The notes under the pieces were generated by a model. The model made no database searches. It was not told the DNA's origin and worked only from the letters and a program-made list of their open reading frames with translations. From Thermoplasmatales archaeon (GTDB taxonomy: Archaea; Thermoplasmatota; Thermoplasmata; Thermoplasmatales; GCA-001856825), in assembly GCA_026127935.1 (NCBI GenBank), contig JAJSLL010000001.1, positions 64,040-128,039 on the forward strand: 64,000 nt of DNA, in the 5' to 3' direction. How positions within the stretch are numbered: position 1 is the stretch's first letter; every line of letters starts with the position of its first letter. The position numbers and the translations under genes are program-made. Below, in pieces: positions 38,280-47,573 of this stretch.

Positions 38280-40643
38280 GTGACAAAGGGGGATGTTGAC
38301 TTCAATTTTGAAAATTACAAAACCATATTCGGGGTAGAAATTGCCAATGAGTCACTCTCCTATGCCAAGAAAAGAGATGAACTGGATAAGAAGAATTTTG
38401 CCTCGAACAAAGAAACTGTTAAAAGGCCGGAAGTAAGCCTTAGACGCTTTGAAGTTAGCTCAGATATAGTGAAGATAGATTTCGGTGACTGCACACTAGA
38501 CATCTCCCCTGTCTCTGAGAATTTACTCCATTTTGTCTGGTCACAAAAGGGGGAAAGTACTCCCAAGTACAGAAGAGATTTGAACGACAGGTTCACTCCT
38601 GAATCGGTTCACTTTAGAGTGGAATATGCGAAAGATGAAATTTATCTTGACGCAGGAATAGTGGGTATCAGAATTTGTAATAACGGATCGATAAAATATG
38701 AATTCACGGGAGAGATCATCCGGACTGATCTGCCACCGTTGATTTCGAACAGAAGCTTGGTGCATGAATCTCTGATAAGACGAAAGAGCAAGCTGTATGG
38801 TACGGGCGAAAGAGCACTCCCATTCGACTTGAGAGGAAACAGGGTAATTTTGTGGAATCACGACCCCAACGGAAGCTACGGTCCTGGAGTTGACCCCATC
38901 TACATATCCATTCCTCAGATCATAGATTTGGATGGTGCGAGAGGCTATGGGATAGAATACATGAACCCAAGCAAGGGTCTAATAGACCTCTGCAAGAAGG
39001 AAGAAGATTTGCTGAGAGTAGAATTCAGATCTGGTCAGCTTGATTATTATATTACGTTCGGAAACATGCAGGAAATACTGGAAAGGCTCGCGAACGTGAC
39101 GGGGCTCCCAATGCTGCCGCCCCGTTGGTCGTTTGGTTTTCACCAGTCCAAGTACAGTTATATGGACGCAAAACAGATCGAAGACGTAGTAACCAAGTTC
39201 CACCGACTGAACCTCCCGATTTCTGCTGTTCACATGGATATCGATTATATGAAAGGGTACCGGGTGTTCACGACAAACAAGAATAGCTTTCCCGATATCA
39301 AAGGACTATCCGACAGGTTGATGAGGAAGGGGATAAGACTGGTTTCGATACTCGATCCCGCAGTCAAATGGGACGAAGACTACGCAGTTTTTAAAGAGCT
39401 GGTGATGAACAGTGGCTATGTGAGAGACCCAGAGGGCAACCCGATAGCGGCACCAGTCTGGGCAGGTAAGTCAGTCTTTCCTGATTATTCGAGTGAAGAG
39501 ACGCAGAGGTGGTGGAGTTCACTCTATTCCTTCTTCGAAGACAACGGGATAAGCGGAGTCTGGCACGATATGAACGAGCCAGTCGCATTTGCCCTTTGGG
39601 GGGACAACAGTCTTCCACTCTCAGCGGTTCATGAAAAGGGCTCTCACTCCGAGATTCATAATCTCTACGCTCTATACATGGCAAAGGCAGGATATGAGGG
39701 TCTGACGAAAAATGCTAATGGATTGAGACCATTTTTACTCTCCAGATCCGGCTGGAGTGGCATACAACGATATTCGTTTGTCTGGACGGGAGACACGGAG
39801 AGCACATGGCAAGAGCTGAAGCAGACGGTTCCAACGATTCTCAACCTGAGTCTATCCGGAATCCCATATACGGGAGTCGATATAGGAGGATTCAGTGGAA
39901 CTCCTACCAGGAACCTATTCATAAGATGGTTCCAACTAGGTGCATTTCTGCCCCTCTTCAGGGTTCATTCTGCCAAGGGGACAGGAGATAGGGAACTGTG
40001 GAGCTACGGAGAAGAAGTGTTGGATATACTAAGAAGATTCATTGAACTGAGATACTCGCTAATTCCGTACTGGTACTCGGTAGCCTTTGACAGCCACCAG
40101 ACTGGACACCCTTTGATAAGACCGATTTCGTACCACTACCCGCAGATGTTCGATGGGTACTCGTTTATGGTCGGCGAATCGATCTTAGTGTATCCCGTTC
40201 TCGATGAGAATGTAAGGAAGATGAGGATCAAGCTTCCTCCTGGAAAATGGTACTCGCTTTGGGATTCCAGTGTGAAAAAGGGAACGGTAGAGGAAGACTT
40301 AGATGAGAGCCGTATTCCCGTATACGTAAGAGAAGGGAGCGTAATTCCAAGAGAGGACGGGAAGCTACACTTTGATGTCTACCCCGGAGGGAACTTTTCT
40401 TTCACCCACTATATGGACGACGATGGATTGGTACCAGTCTTCAGAACAATAAGATTCAACGGTCGATCCGATGGAGACACATTCTCACTTGAGTACGAAC
40501 AGAGCGGAGACATGAAAGACAACGAAACGGTTATTCTGATTCTGAAGAACAGGGACTGTGTGTTCAAGGAAAACAACAGTCAAGAGATCTCTGTATCACA
40601 GCGGAAAGGCAAAGTTGAAGTAGCACACAAATCTCAAAAATAA
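38280..40643 (+). CDS. GH31 alpha-glucosidase
   Basis: 787 aa with a GTG start. The catalytic nucleophile region is GVWHDMNEP, with GVDIGGF and WFQLGAFLPLFRVHS also present. Confidence 0.9.
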   Translation: MTKGDVDFNFENYKTIFGVEIANESLSYAKKRDELDKKNFASNKETVKRPEVSLRRFEVSSDIVKIDFGDCTLDISPVSENLLHFVWSQKGESTPKYRRDLNDRFTPESVHFRVEYAKDEIYLDAGIVGIRICNNGSIKYEFTGEIIRTDLPPLISNRSLVHESLIRRKSKLYGTGERALPFDLRGNRVILWNHDPNGSYGPGVDPIYISIPQIIDLDGARGYGIEYMNPSKGLIDLCKKEEDLLRVEFRSGQLDYYITFGNMQEILERLANVTGLPMLPPRWSFGFHQSKYSYMDAKQIEDVVTKFHRLNLPISAVHMDIDYMKGYRVFTTNKNSFPDIKGLSDRLMRKGIRLVSILDPAVKWDEDYAVFKELVMNSGYVRDPEGNPIAAPVWAGKSVFPDYSSEETQRWWSSLYSFFEDNGISGVWHDMNEPVAFALWGDNSLPLSAVHEKGSHSEIHNLYALYMAKAGYEGLTKNANGLRPFLLSRSGWSGIQRYSFVWTGDTESTWQELKQTVPTILNLSLSGIPYTGVDIGGFSGTPTRNLFIRWFQLGAFLPLFRVHSAKGTGDRELWSYGEEVLDILRRFIELRYSLIPYWYSVAFDSHQTGHPLIRPISYHYPQMFDGYSFMVGESILVYPVLDENVRKMRIKLPPGKWYSLWDSSVKKGTVEEDLDESRIPVYVREGSVIPREDGKLHFDVYPGGNFSFTHYMDDDGLVPVFRTIRFNGRSDGDTFSLEYEQSGDMKDNETVILILKNRDCVFKENNSQEISVSQRKGKVEVAHKSQK

Positions 40644-40653
40644 CCGCTTAAAT

Positions 40654-41724
40654 CTATTGGTGAAGTTTCATTATTTTTCTGATCTTTTTTGACTTTCCTT
40701 CCTTCTTCCCATCTATTTCAAGAGTCATTTCTCGCATCTTGATGTCTTCGAGTCTGGCAGTTTTTCCACCAACAGAGTAGGTTCTTCCCTTAGACGAAAT
40801 GAAGAAAGTGTGCCTCAGACCCATCACAATCTCTGCACCGGGAATCTCTCCCTCCAGTGAGACTTCCCTCTCCTTCCAGAGACCCTTGACTACTCCTCTA
40901 AAACCGTGTTCTATTCTGTTAATAGAATTAATGGCTTCACACGCAAACCAGGCTGAAGCGAAGACCCATCTCTTCTTAGACAGGAAATTGCTAACGTACT
41001 CAGCAGGGAGCCAGATCGTGTGGTAGTAATAGTAGCTGAGAATGTGGATCATCTCGTCCTCAGCAAAATATAGGGCATAATAGCTCTCAATACCGGTCCC
41101 GTTGACATTCAGAATACCGGTGGATCTATCCACAATCAGCACCTCAGATGCAGTTCCAGGTCTCCTACGAATTACCATGTCGTTTTTTATAGACTCAAGG
41201 GATTGATCATCCGTGTCTGGGTAAACAGTGAGACCAACTGTCACTCCCCTCCTTGCGGCTTCTATCAGGAACTTTTTCACATATCTAAATGTGGGATTTG
41301 TAACAGAAATCAGGACTTCCGTCTTTGCATTGTTGATCATTGATTTAATATTCTCATTAATGTACTGCCTCTTATCTATCAGCAAGAGTGCTGGTATGGC
41401 GACCGGTCCACTAGTCCGGCGGGCCTTTACAAAACTCGATATCTCTTTCTTGAATTCTTGGAGCCTTTCGATATCCCTTTCTATGACAGTCTCAACGGGA
41501 AGAGCCCTGTAAATTCTTTTCTTGTCCATGCTCCCCTGTATGAAACCCTTGTCAGTTAACGTCCTGAATACATCATAGACCCTTGGCTGTGGGACTCCAG
41601 AAATTCTGGCAGCTTCCGTCGAGGACAGCGGACCGTTGATCAAAAGGCTACTATAGATCTTGATCTCGTATGAAGAAAGTCCCAACCTTTCCAATCCAGC
41701 AAAAATGTCTTGGCCCTTTGGCAT
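40654..41724 (-). CDS. TrmB-family sugar-responsive transcriptional regulator
   Basis: 356 aa. The N-terminal wHTH is LGLSSYEIKIYSSLLINGPLSSTEAARISGVPQPRVYDVFRTLTDKGFI, followed by a long effector domain. It sits between the GH31 gene and the ABC transporter genes. Confidence 0.85.
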   Translation of the reverse strand: MPKGQDIFAGLERLGLSSYEIKIYSSLLINGPLSSTEAARISGVPQPRVYDVFRTLTDKGFIQGSMDKKRIYRALPVETVIERDIERLQEFKKEISSFVKARRTSGPVAIPALLLIDKRQYINENIKSMINNAKTEVLISVTNPTFRYVKKFLIEAARRGVTVGLTVYPDTDDQSLESIKNDMVIRRRPGTASEVLIVDRSTGILNVNGTGIESYYALYFAEDEMIHILSYYYYHTIWLPAEYVSNFLSKKRWVFASAWFACEAINSINRIEHGFRGVVKGLWKEREVSLEGEIPGAEIVMGLRHTFFISSKGRTYSVGGKTARLEDIKMREMTLEIDGKKEGKSKKIRKIMKLHQ

Positions 41725-41877
41725 CGTTTGTCCTCTTTAGAGTTAAGAATTTACTACCTCATCAATGTTCGCTTTTCTTCAGCTACCTGCGAGAAGCATA
41801 TTATCTTCTACTACTGGGAGGTGTATTTCTTCACAGTCGCTGCAAAGTATATTATGTGATTAGTCTTTCCTTATATT

Positions 41878-43059
41878 ATGCCAGAGCTCTCGGTGCAGAA
41901 CCTCCAAAAGAAGTTTGGCAACAAGGTGAGGGCCCTAGACGATGTTTCACTGGACGTTGAAGCTGGCGAATTCTTTGTGCTGCTCGGGCCCTCTGGAAGC
42001 GGAAAGACCACGCTCATAAGGTGCGTAGCCGGACTGGAAACGGTAGATTCCGGAACCATAGTCATAGGAAACAGGGTGGTAACGGACTTCCCTCCTGGAG
42101 AGCGCAATGTCGCAATGGTATTTCAGAACTATGCTCTCTATCCGTTCCTTACCGTGTATGAAAATCTCTCATTCCCGCTTAAAGCGAAGGGGAGGCTCGC
42201 CAAGTCACTAAGAGAGAAATCTGTCCAAGGAACTGCAAGCAAGCTCGGTTATGTCCTTGGATTTGGTCCTGTCAACCGTCAAACGCTGAAGAAGGACATC
42301 GACGACAGGGTCCACAGGGTAGCGAAGATGCTTCAGATAGACGAACTTCTTGACAGGAAACCTGGAGAACTATCCGGTGGACAGAGACAGAGAGTTGCAC
42401 TTGGGAGAGCGTTGATTAGAGATGCGAATGTGTATCTCATGGACGAGCCGCTTAGCAACCTTGACGCAAAACTGAGGGCGTCGACGCGTATCGAACTAAA
42501 GCATTTACAGAAAGAGCTTGGTATCACAGTAGTTTACGTGACGCACGATCAGGTTGAGGCAATGACGATGAGTGACCGTATCGGCGTCATCAACAGAGGC
42601 AAACTGATTCAGATTGGAAAACCGCACGACGTGTACAACCTTCCGGAAGACCTGTTCGTGGCGAGTTTTCTTGGTGATCCTCCAATAAATCTGATTGAGG
42701 CACAGGTACCTGCCGACGATGACTCGTCGATAGAATACGGAGGCTACAGACTTGCAATTCCCGGTAACCCGAAGCTTTCTGCATTCAGAGGGAAGACTCT
42801 CAGGCTGGGTGTAAGACCTGAGGACGTCACAATTTCCAAAGAGGGGGCGAAGGCCACGATTCAGCTCATAAGATCCATTGGTCGAACAAACTACATCTCT
42901 ATGGTTCTTGCGGAGACCCAGGAGGCGGTGACAAAGGTGACCACCGAGGAAGTAAATCTGAGGGATGGCCAGACAGTCAATGTGCTGCCGAACACCTCAA
43001 CGCTTGACATATTCGAGAGCGATACTCAGAAGCTGGTCTGGTCGAGCAAGAAGAAGTAA
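41878..43059 (+). CDS. Sugar ABC transporter ATP-binding protein (MalK/UgpC type)
   Basis: 393 aa with Walker A GPSGSGKTT, signature LSGGQRQRVALGRAL, Walker B VYLMDEPLSNLD, and a C-terminal regulatory/TOBE-like domain. Confidence 0.9.
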   Translation: MPELSVQNLQKKFGNKVRALDDVSLDVEAGEFFVLLGPSGSGKTTLIRCVAGLETVDSGTIVIGNRVVTDFPPGERNVAMVFQNYALYPFLTVYENLSFPLKAKGRLAKSLREKSVQGTASKLGYVLGFGPVNRQTLKKDIDDRVHRVAKMLQIDELLDRKPGELSGGQRQRVALGRALIRDANVYLMDEPLSNLDAKLRASTRIELKHLQKELGITVVYVTHDQVEAMTMSDRIGVINRGKLIQIGKPHDVYNLPEDLFVASFLGDPPINLIEAQVPADDDSSIEYGGYRLAIPGNPKLSAFRGKTLRLGVRPEDVTISKEGAKATIQLIRSIGRTNYISMVLAETQEAVTKVTTEEVNLRDGQTVNVLPNTSTLDIFESDTQKLVWSSKKK

Positions 43060-43102
43060 TTCCTCTCTGAGAAGTCTCTCCCGTCTCGCCAGTCTAAGGA
43101 TG

Positions 43103-44029
43103 TCACTTGTACATAGTTATTGAGAATCCTGACACGAGATACTTCTGGAAGATTATGAATATTATGAATATCGGCAGGCCCATTATTACCGCAAAAGCGG
43201 AGAACATGCCGTAGTTTATTGCGTGCGAAGAGATCTGAGTGGTCGCATACATTCCCAGTGCCATGTTCCAGAGGCTGTTCTTCGAAACAAGGACGTTTAT
43301 GAGTGCGTAGTCCGTATAGGGCCCGAAGAAGGCTAGGAGAAGCGTCAGAATTATCACAGGCTTCGTCATGGGTACAAGTATCCTGAACAGGGCTTGGGTC
43401 CGGGAGTAACCATCGATCTGCGCCGCCTCCTCGAAATCCCTCGGGATAGAATCCACATAGTTCTTGTTCATCCAGGCTGCGAATATCACCGCGCTCGCTG
43501 AATAAGGAATGATCAGGCCAATATAGGAATTGGTGAGGTGAAGTGTCGAAAACATGTCGTAGAATGGAATGACCATTATAACGAACGGGAAGGTGGACAG
43601 GATAAGAAGCATGTAAAGTATCGCCTTCCTCCCAGGAATTCTGAACCTCGAAAGACCTATTCCTGACGTGATCGATAGCGCTATCCCCAGCAGGCTCGAG
43701 GTACCGGCGTAGATGAGCGTATTCGTGAGCCAGGTTCTTAGAAGAACACCGTGCTGGAATACGAAGAGTGCCTGATAGTTGCCGAACGAAATCCTAGAGA
43801 GAATGGGCAACATCGAAGTGACGGAAACGGATGCAAGAGTGGCCAGGGGGCTGAGCGAATTGACTATGATGTAGTATATCGGGAAGACCGCGAACATGGC
43901 TACAAGGATGAGGACCAAGTGAGTGATTATCCTCTTGATCTTTCTGACTCTCCTGAAGTATGCATTCTTCCTGGCGCTGATTAAGTCAGCCCTTCTTTGC
44001 AATCCTGATTCTGTTACATTATTTATCAT
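43103..44029 (-). CDS. Sugar ABC transporter permease (MalG-like)
   Basis: 308 aa, polytopic, with EAA loop FEEAAQIDGYSRTQALFRILVPMTKP. Confidence 0.85.
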   Translation of the reverse strand: MINNVTESGLQRRADLISARKNAYFRRVRKIKRIITHLVLILVAMFAVFPIYYIIVNSLSPLATLASVSVTSMLPILSRISFGNYQALFVFQHGVLLRTWLTNTLIYAGTSSLLGIALSITSGIGLSRFRIPGRKAILYMLLILSTFPFVIMVIPFYDMFSTLHLTNSYIGLIIPYSASAVIFAAWMNKNYVDSIPRDFEEAAQIDGYSRTQALFRILVPMTKPVIILTLLLAFFGPYTDYALINVLVSKNSLWNMALGMYATTQISSHAINYGMFSAFAVIMGLPIFIIFIIFQKYLVSGFSITMYK

Positions 44030-44037
44030 CGTTCACC

Positions 44038-44946
44038 TCAGTAGAGCACGCTCATCATCTTCGTGTACCTGTTGATCAGGATAACAAACACGAGAAGGAA
44101 GAGAACACTGATGATCGCATACGCCGAAGCGATGCCGTACTGAAGCAAGGCGGTCTGCTCGTAGTAGGTATAACTCACGAGTATGTATGTGGACGTCCCA
44201 GGTCCCCCGTTTGTGAGAAGGAAGGGGATGTAGAAATTGTTCCACGTAAAGACGAAACCGAAGACAGTTATGAATGCGATCTGTCTCTTGAGCAGCGGTA
44301 GCGTGACGTTGCCTAATACGCCAAATGTACCGTACCCATCCATCTTGGCAGCATCGTAAAGTTCCTTGGGCACGCTCTGAAGTGAAGCGGTGTAAACGTA
44401 AGTGTAGTAGGGGAAGGAGAGCCAGAGATTGACGATCATCATGGAAAGCATCGCCATCGAGGGCAGACCAAGCCAGAAGATCTTGGATATGCCAAACAGA
44501 GCCAGAAACTTGTTCACGAATCCAAGCTGATAGTCCAACAGACCCTTCCAGACGAGGATGGTTATGAACGCAGGGTAGGCCCACGGAACTAGGTAGGAGG
44601 TCCTGTAAATCCTGCTCCCACTGATTCCCGGTTGGGTCATCAGGAGAGCGAGGAGGAAACCGAATCCCGCCATGAGAACGATGCTACCTGTACTCCAGAC
44701 TGCCGTTTGTTCCAGTATCTTGAAGAGTGTGCCGGATCCAATGATGGCGGCATAATTTCGCAGTCCCACTATCTGGTAGACAAAGAGGTGTGCAATACTC
44801 CTATTCGTCAGCGAAAGAAAGATGCTTATTCCGAGTGGGTAGAAATCTAGAAAAGCGAGTACCACGAGAACTGGCAGGATGAATATCATTCCCTTCCACT
44901 CGTATCTCGCTCTAACTCCATTCACATTCGGTTTTGATCGAAACAT
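44038..44946 (-). CDS. Sugar ABC transporter permease (MalF-like)
   Basis: 302 aa, polytopic, with EAA loop LYDAAKMDGYGTFGVLGNVTLPLLKR. Confidence 0.85.
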   Translation of the reverse strand: MFRSKPNVNGVRARYEWKGMIFILPVLVVLAFLDFYPLGISIFLSLTNRSIAHLFVYQIVGLRNYAAIIGSGTLFKILEQTAVWSTGSIVLMAGFGFLLALLMTQPGISGSRIYRTSYLVPWAYPAFITILVWKGLLDYQLGFVNKFLALFGISKIFWLGLPSMAMLSMMIVNLWLSFPYYTYVYTASLQSVPKELYDAAKMDGYGTFGVLGNVTLPLLKRQIAFITVFGFVFTWNNFYIPFLLTNGGPGTSTYILVSYTYYEQTALLQYGIASAYAIISVLFLLVFVILINRYTKMMSVLY

Positions 44947-45019
44947 ACCCTACCACATCAAAGTGGAAATGAAATAAAAAAGAGATAAAGTTTGTTCTTG
45001 CTGTAGTTGAGTGGCTCCT

Positions 45020-46441
45020 CTATGGCCTACCAACCACAGCGACCGCAAATGTGCTGTTTATGGCCAACAGTGCTGTGTTCTCGTCTATCGCCGTAAGCGG
45101 AACGCCGTTCGTTTTGAGGTCGGATATTATCTGTGATTCGATAGAATTCATGACCGATGCTGGGGTTATTCCGGACGTGGTTGAAGCATTCTGCTCGAGG
45201 TTGGACGCTCCAATGCCAAAGGGAGTCCAATAGTATGCCATCTGAGGAATGTTCGGGAATTTTTGTGTGTGCTCTTCTTGCGTAATCCATCCGGATATCA
45301 GCGGGTCGTTTCCAGGATGTGCACTTACGTAAGTTCCTACTGACGTTAGGGCCGGTAGGTCTCCCGCTTGTGTATACAGGTTCAGTTGTGCAGTGTAGTT
45401 CGTCATCTCCTCTACGAAATGTACTGACGCCCAGATCTGCGCGCTTGATGCACCGCTCGCCTTGCTGTTTGCAACCAGGTATCCTATCGATCCCCATAGA
45501 GGCTGTGGCCATAATCCAGTCGCGTTGTCAATCGGTATTGCTGTAACTCCGAGGTTGCTACCAAGTGTCTTCTGGTAGGTGGATTGGTCCCACGGTCCAT
45601 CAAACATGAATGCAGAATGGTTCGATTCAAAGTACGCCTGCTCGTCGCTCTCGCCGCTAAGACCTGGTTGACTCACGTGGTACTTAACGGTCCAATTCCA
45701 CACCCAGCTCATTGCTGCTATGTCAGGAGTGCTGTTTAACATAGGGTAACCTGTAGAATTGAAAATTTCGCCTCCAAAGGCTGGGAACCATGCTGCAAAT
45801 CTGTAACCTGAGGTTGCACCGATATCATATGGCATTCCAAGGTAGGATGATCCCATGTTCGTCACATTGATAGCATCCTGAATCATTTGTCCAGTGGTGG
45901 TCGGAGGCTGTCCGTTCGGCAACAGTGCCTTGTTGTAATACATCGCAATTCCGTTCGTATTTACTGGGAGTCCATACACCGCTCCATTCAGCGTGAAGTC
46001 ACTTATGGTACCGGAAGTGTAGTTTGCAAACACTGTCGAAGGCAGATACCGGCTCAGGTTAACCAGAAGGCCTCCAGCGTAGAGGCTTCCACCATTGTCG
46101 CTAGAATCTCTGTAGACGTTGGGCGCTGTTCCAGAGGTAGCATCTGTTACGAAATTGGTCGATCCGACTGATACTCCGTAAGTCACATCTACAGTCACAT
46201 TTTTGTGAGCCGCTTCAAACAGTGCTAGAGACGTGTTGAATGCTGTGGACTCTCCACCGGATGCACTCGTGTCCCAGACCGTGATTGTTACTTTAGATGC
46301 CGAAGGTATTGTCTTGTGAGGCAGATAAGCGAGCGTCACAGCCACTGCCGCTATTACTACAATAACTACAACAATTCCTACAATCAGTGCGGTTCTTCTT
46401 TTCTTAGAAGGAGTACCGCTACCACCTACAGTAGTATCCAT
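45020..46441 (-). CDS. Extracellular sugar-binding protein (family 1 SBP), membrane-anchored
   Basis: 473 aa with an N-terminal TM anchor (ALIVGIVVVIVVIAAVAVTLAYL), then an SBP-like domain rich in N-x-S/T sequons. It is the first gene of the permease operon. Confidence 0.75.
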   Translation of the reverse strand: MDTTVGGSGTPSKKRRTALIVGIVVVIVVIAAVAVTLAYLPHKTIPSASKVTITVWDTSASGGESTAFNTSLALFEAAHKNVTVDVTYGVSVGSTNFVTDATSGTAPNVYRDSSDNGGSLYAGGLLVNLSRYLPSTVFANYTSGTISDFTLNGAVYGLPVNTNGIAMYYNKALLPNGQPPTTTGQMIQDAINVTNMGSSYLGMPYDIGATSGYRFAAWFPAFGGEIFNSTGYPMLNSTPDIAAMSWVWNWTVKYHVSQPGLSGESDEQAYFESNHSAFMFDGPWDQSTYQKTLGSNLGVTAIPIDNATGLWPQPLWGSIGYLVANSKASGASSAQIWASVHFVEEMTNYTAQLNLYTQAGDLPALTSVGTYVSAHPGNDPLISGWITQEEHTQKFPNIPQMAYYWTPFGIGASNLEQNASTTSGITPASVMNSIESQIISDLKTNGVPLTAIDENTALLAINSTFAVAVVGRP

Positions 46442-46520
46442 ACACGATTATGAAGTTCCCTACCTTAAATGTTTGCCTAATCAGACCTGCTAAGTAAATA
46501 TAGCCTAACAGTGTTCTTAA

Positions 46521-46880
46521 TTGCAGATGCCCGAGATCATAAGTTCAGACGGATTTTACAGCGGAGTGAGATTTCAGATGAAGAGATTTGATTCACTTGG
46601 AACAGCATATCTCACTGGTAATTTCAACTGCTGGGGAGAGGGAAGCATAGTTCTGTCAAGCAGGAGCTGCTATCTTCCGAGATCGAGCTTCCTCCAGGTA
46701 TGTACGGATATTCAATACTCGTAAATCAATACCACAAGTATCTAGAAAATGGTAGACCCACCAGGAAGAGATCTCATCTGGACCTGAAACTGGAGAAGGC
46801 CTATCATAATCCCCACTTGTCTCAATTTTCATGCATATCCGATGGACTGATGGTGTTGAGAATTGCGGTCCCGAGATCGA
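46521..46880 (+). pseudogene. N-terminal remnant of a GH13-like glycoside hydrolase (CBM48/E-set-like start), frameshifted and truncated
   Basis: ..GVRFQMKRFDSLGTAYLTGNFNCWGEGS.. is followed in another frame by ..SSEIELPPGMYGYSILVNQ..YHNPHLSQFSCISDGLMVLRIAVPRS.. These patterns are typical of amylase/pullulanase N-termini. No catalytic domain follows. Confidence 0.4.
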
Positions 46881-47549
46881 TAAGACATTTCAGTGCGGCG
46901 GAATAGGAATAGACTTCGGAATCAAGAATCAGTTAAATCTCTCCAATGGCATCGCACTCAAAGAGGGAGCATTCATCACAGACAGGATCGAAAAGCTTCA
47001 TGGAGAACTCTCGCGAAGGTGTACAGAAGCAAGAACTGGTACAGGACACAGCAGAAGCTGGAAAAGGAATACCAGAAGATCTCAGACAAGAGAAAGGATC
47101 AGCGCAACAAGATCGAATCCGCACTGAAATCACAATGTGAAAAGATCAGCTTCCAGAATGATAGTATCAAGGGCTGGATGTGCATGCGGGGAAAGAAGGT
47201 ACATGCATCTGCAATAGGCGGGATAATGAGCGATCTGGAAAGAAATACGCACACTCGTATCGTGATACCAAGATACATCCCTACATCGCAGACATGCTAG
47301 CGATGCGGTCACAGGGAAAGAATAGTTCTAAGCGAACGCATCTTTAACTGTGAGAACTGCAGTCTGATCATGGATCGCGATCTTAACGCAGCAATAAACG
47401 CACTGAACGAAAGCGTACCTGTGGAATACAGGGAAGTCAAGCCTGTGGACACAAAGACCAATACCGAACTCATGGACTACCTCAACAGGATTCCGGGAGT
47501 ATCGGCAAGTCTTGTGGTTGAAACAGGAAGCCTCAGAGCTTTAGCTTGA
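46831..47549 (+). pseudogene. Decayed tnpB lacking the N-terminal third, with one frameshift and one in-frame stop
   Basis: ..GIGIDFGIKNQLNLSNG.. is RuvC-I, and ..ISFQNDSIKGW.. is a degenerate RuvC-II. Then ..PTSQTC*RCGH..FNCENCSLIMDRDLNAAINAL.. gives the zinc ribbon plus RuvC-III, ending ..ETGSLRALA* at 47547..47549. Confidence 0.75.
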
Positions 47550-47573
47550 GGAAGTTCACAATCACTAACAAAA

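Noticed and set aside
41725-41877. Search for a TrmB operator (Thermococcales TGM-like TATCAC-N5-GTGATA) in the trmB/malK divergent region.
   Set aside because: Only loose repeats (TACTACCTC ... GAGGTGTA) and AT-rich boxes are present. Nothing is convincing enough to annotate.
44033-44584. 183-aa same-strand alternative-frame ORF inside the MalF-like permease gene; similarly 45027..45512 inside the binding-protein gene.
   Set aside because: The translations are Arg/His/Cys-rich and non-membrane-like, whereas the annotated frames carry clear family motifs (EAA loop).
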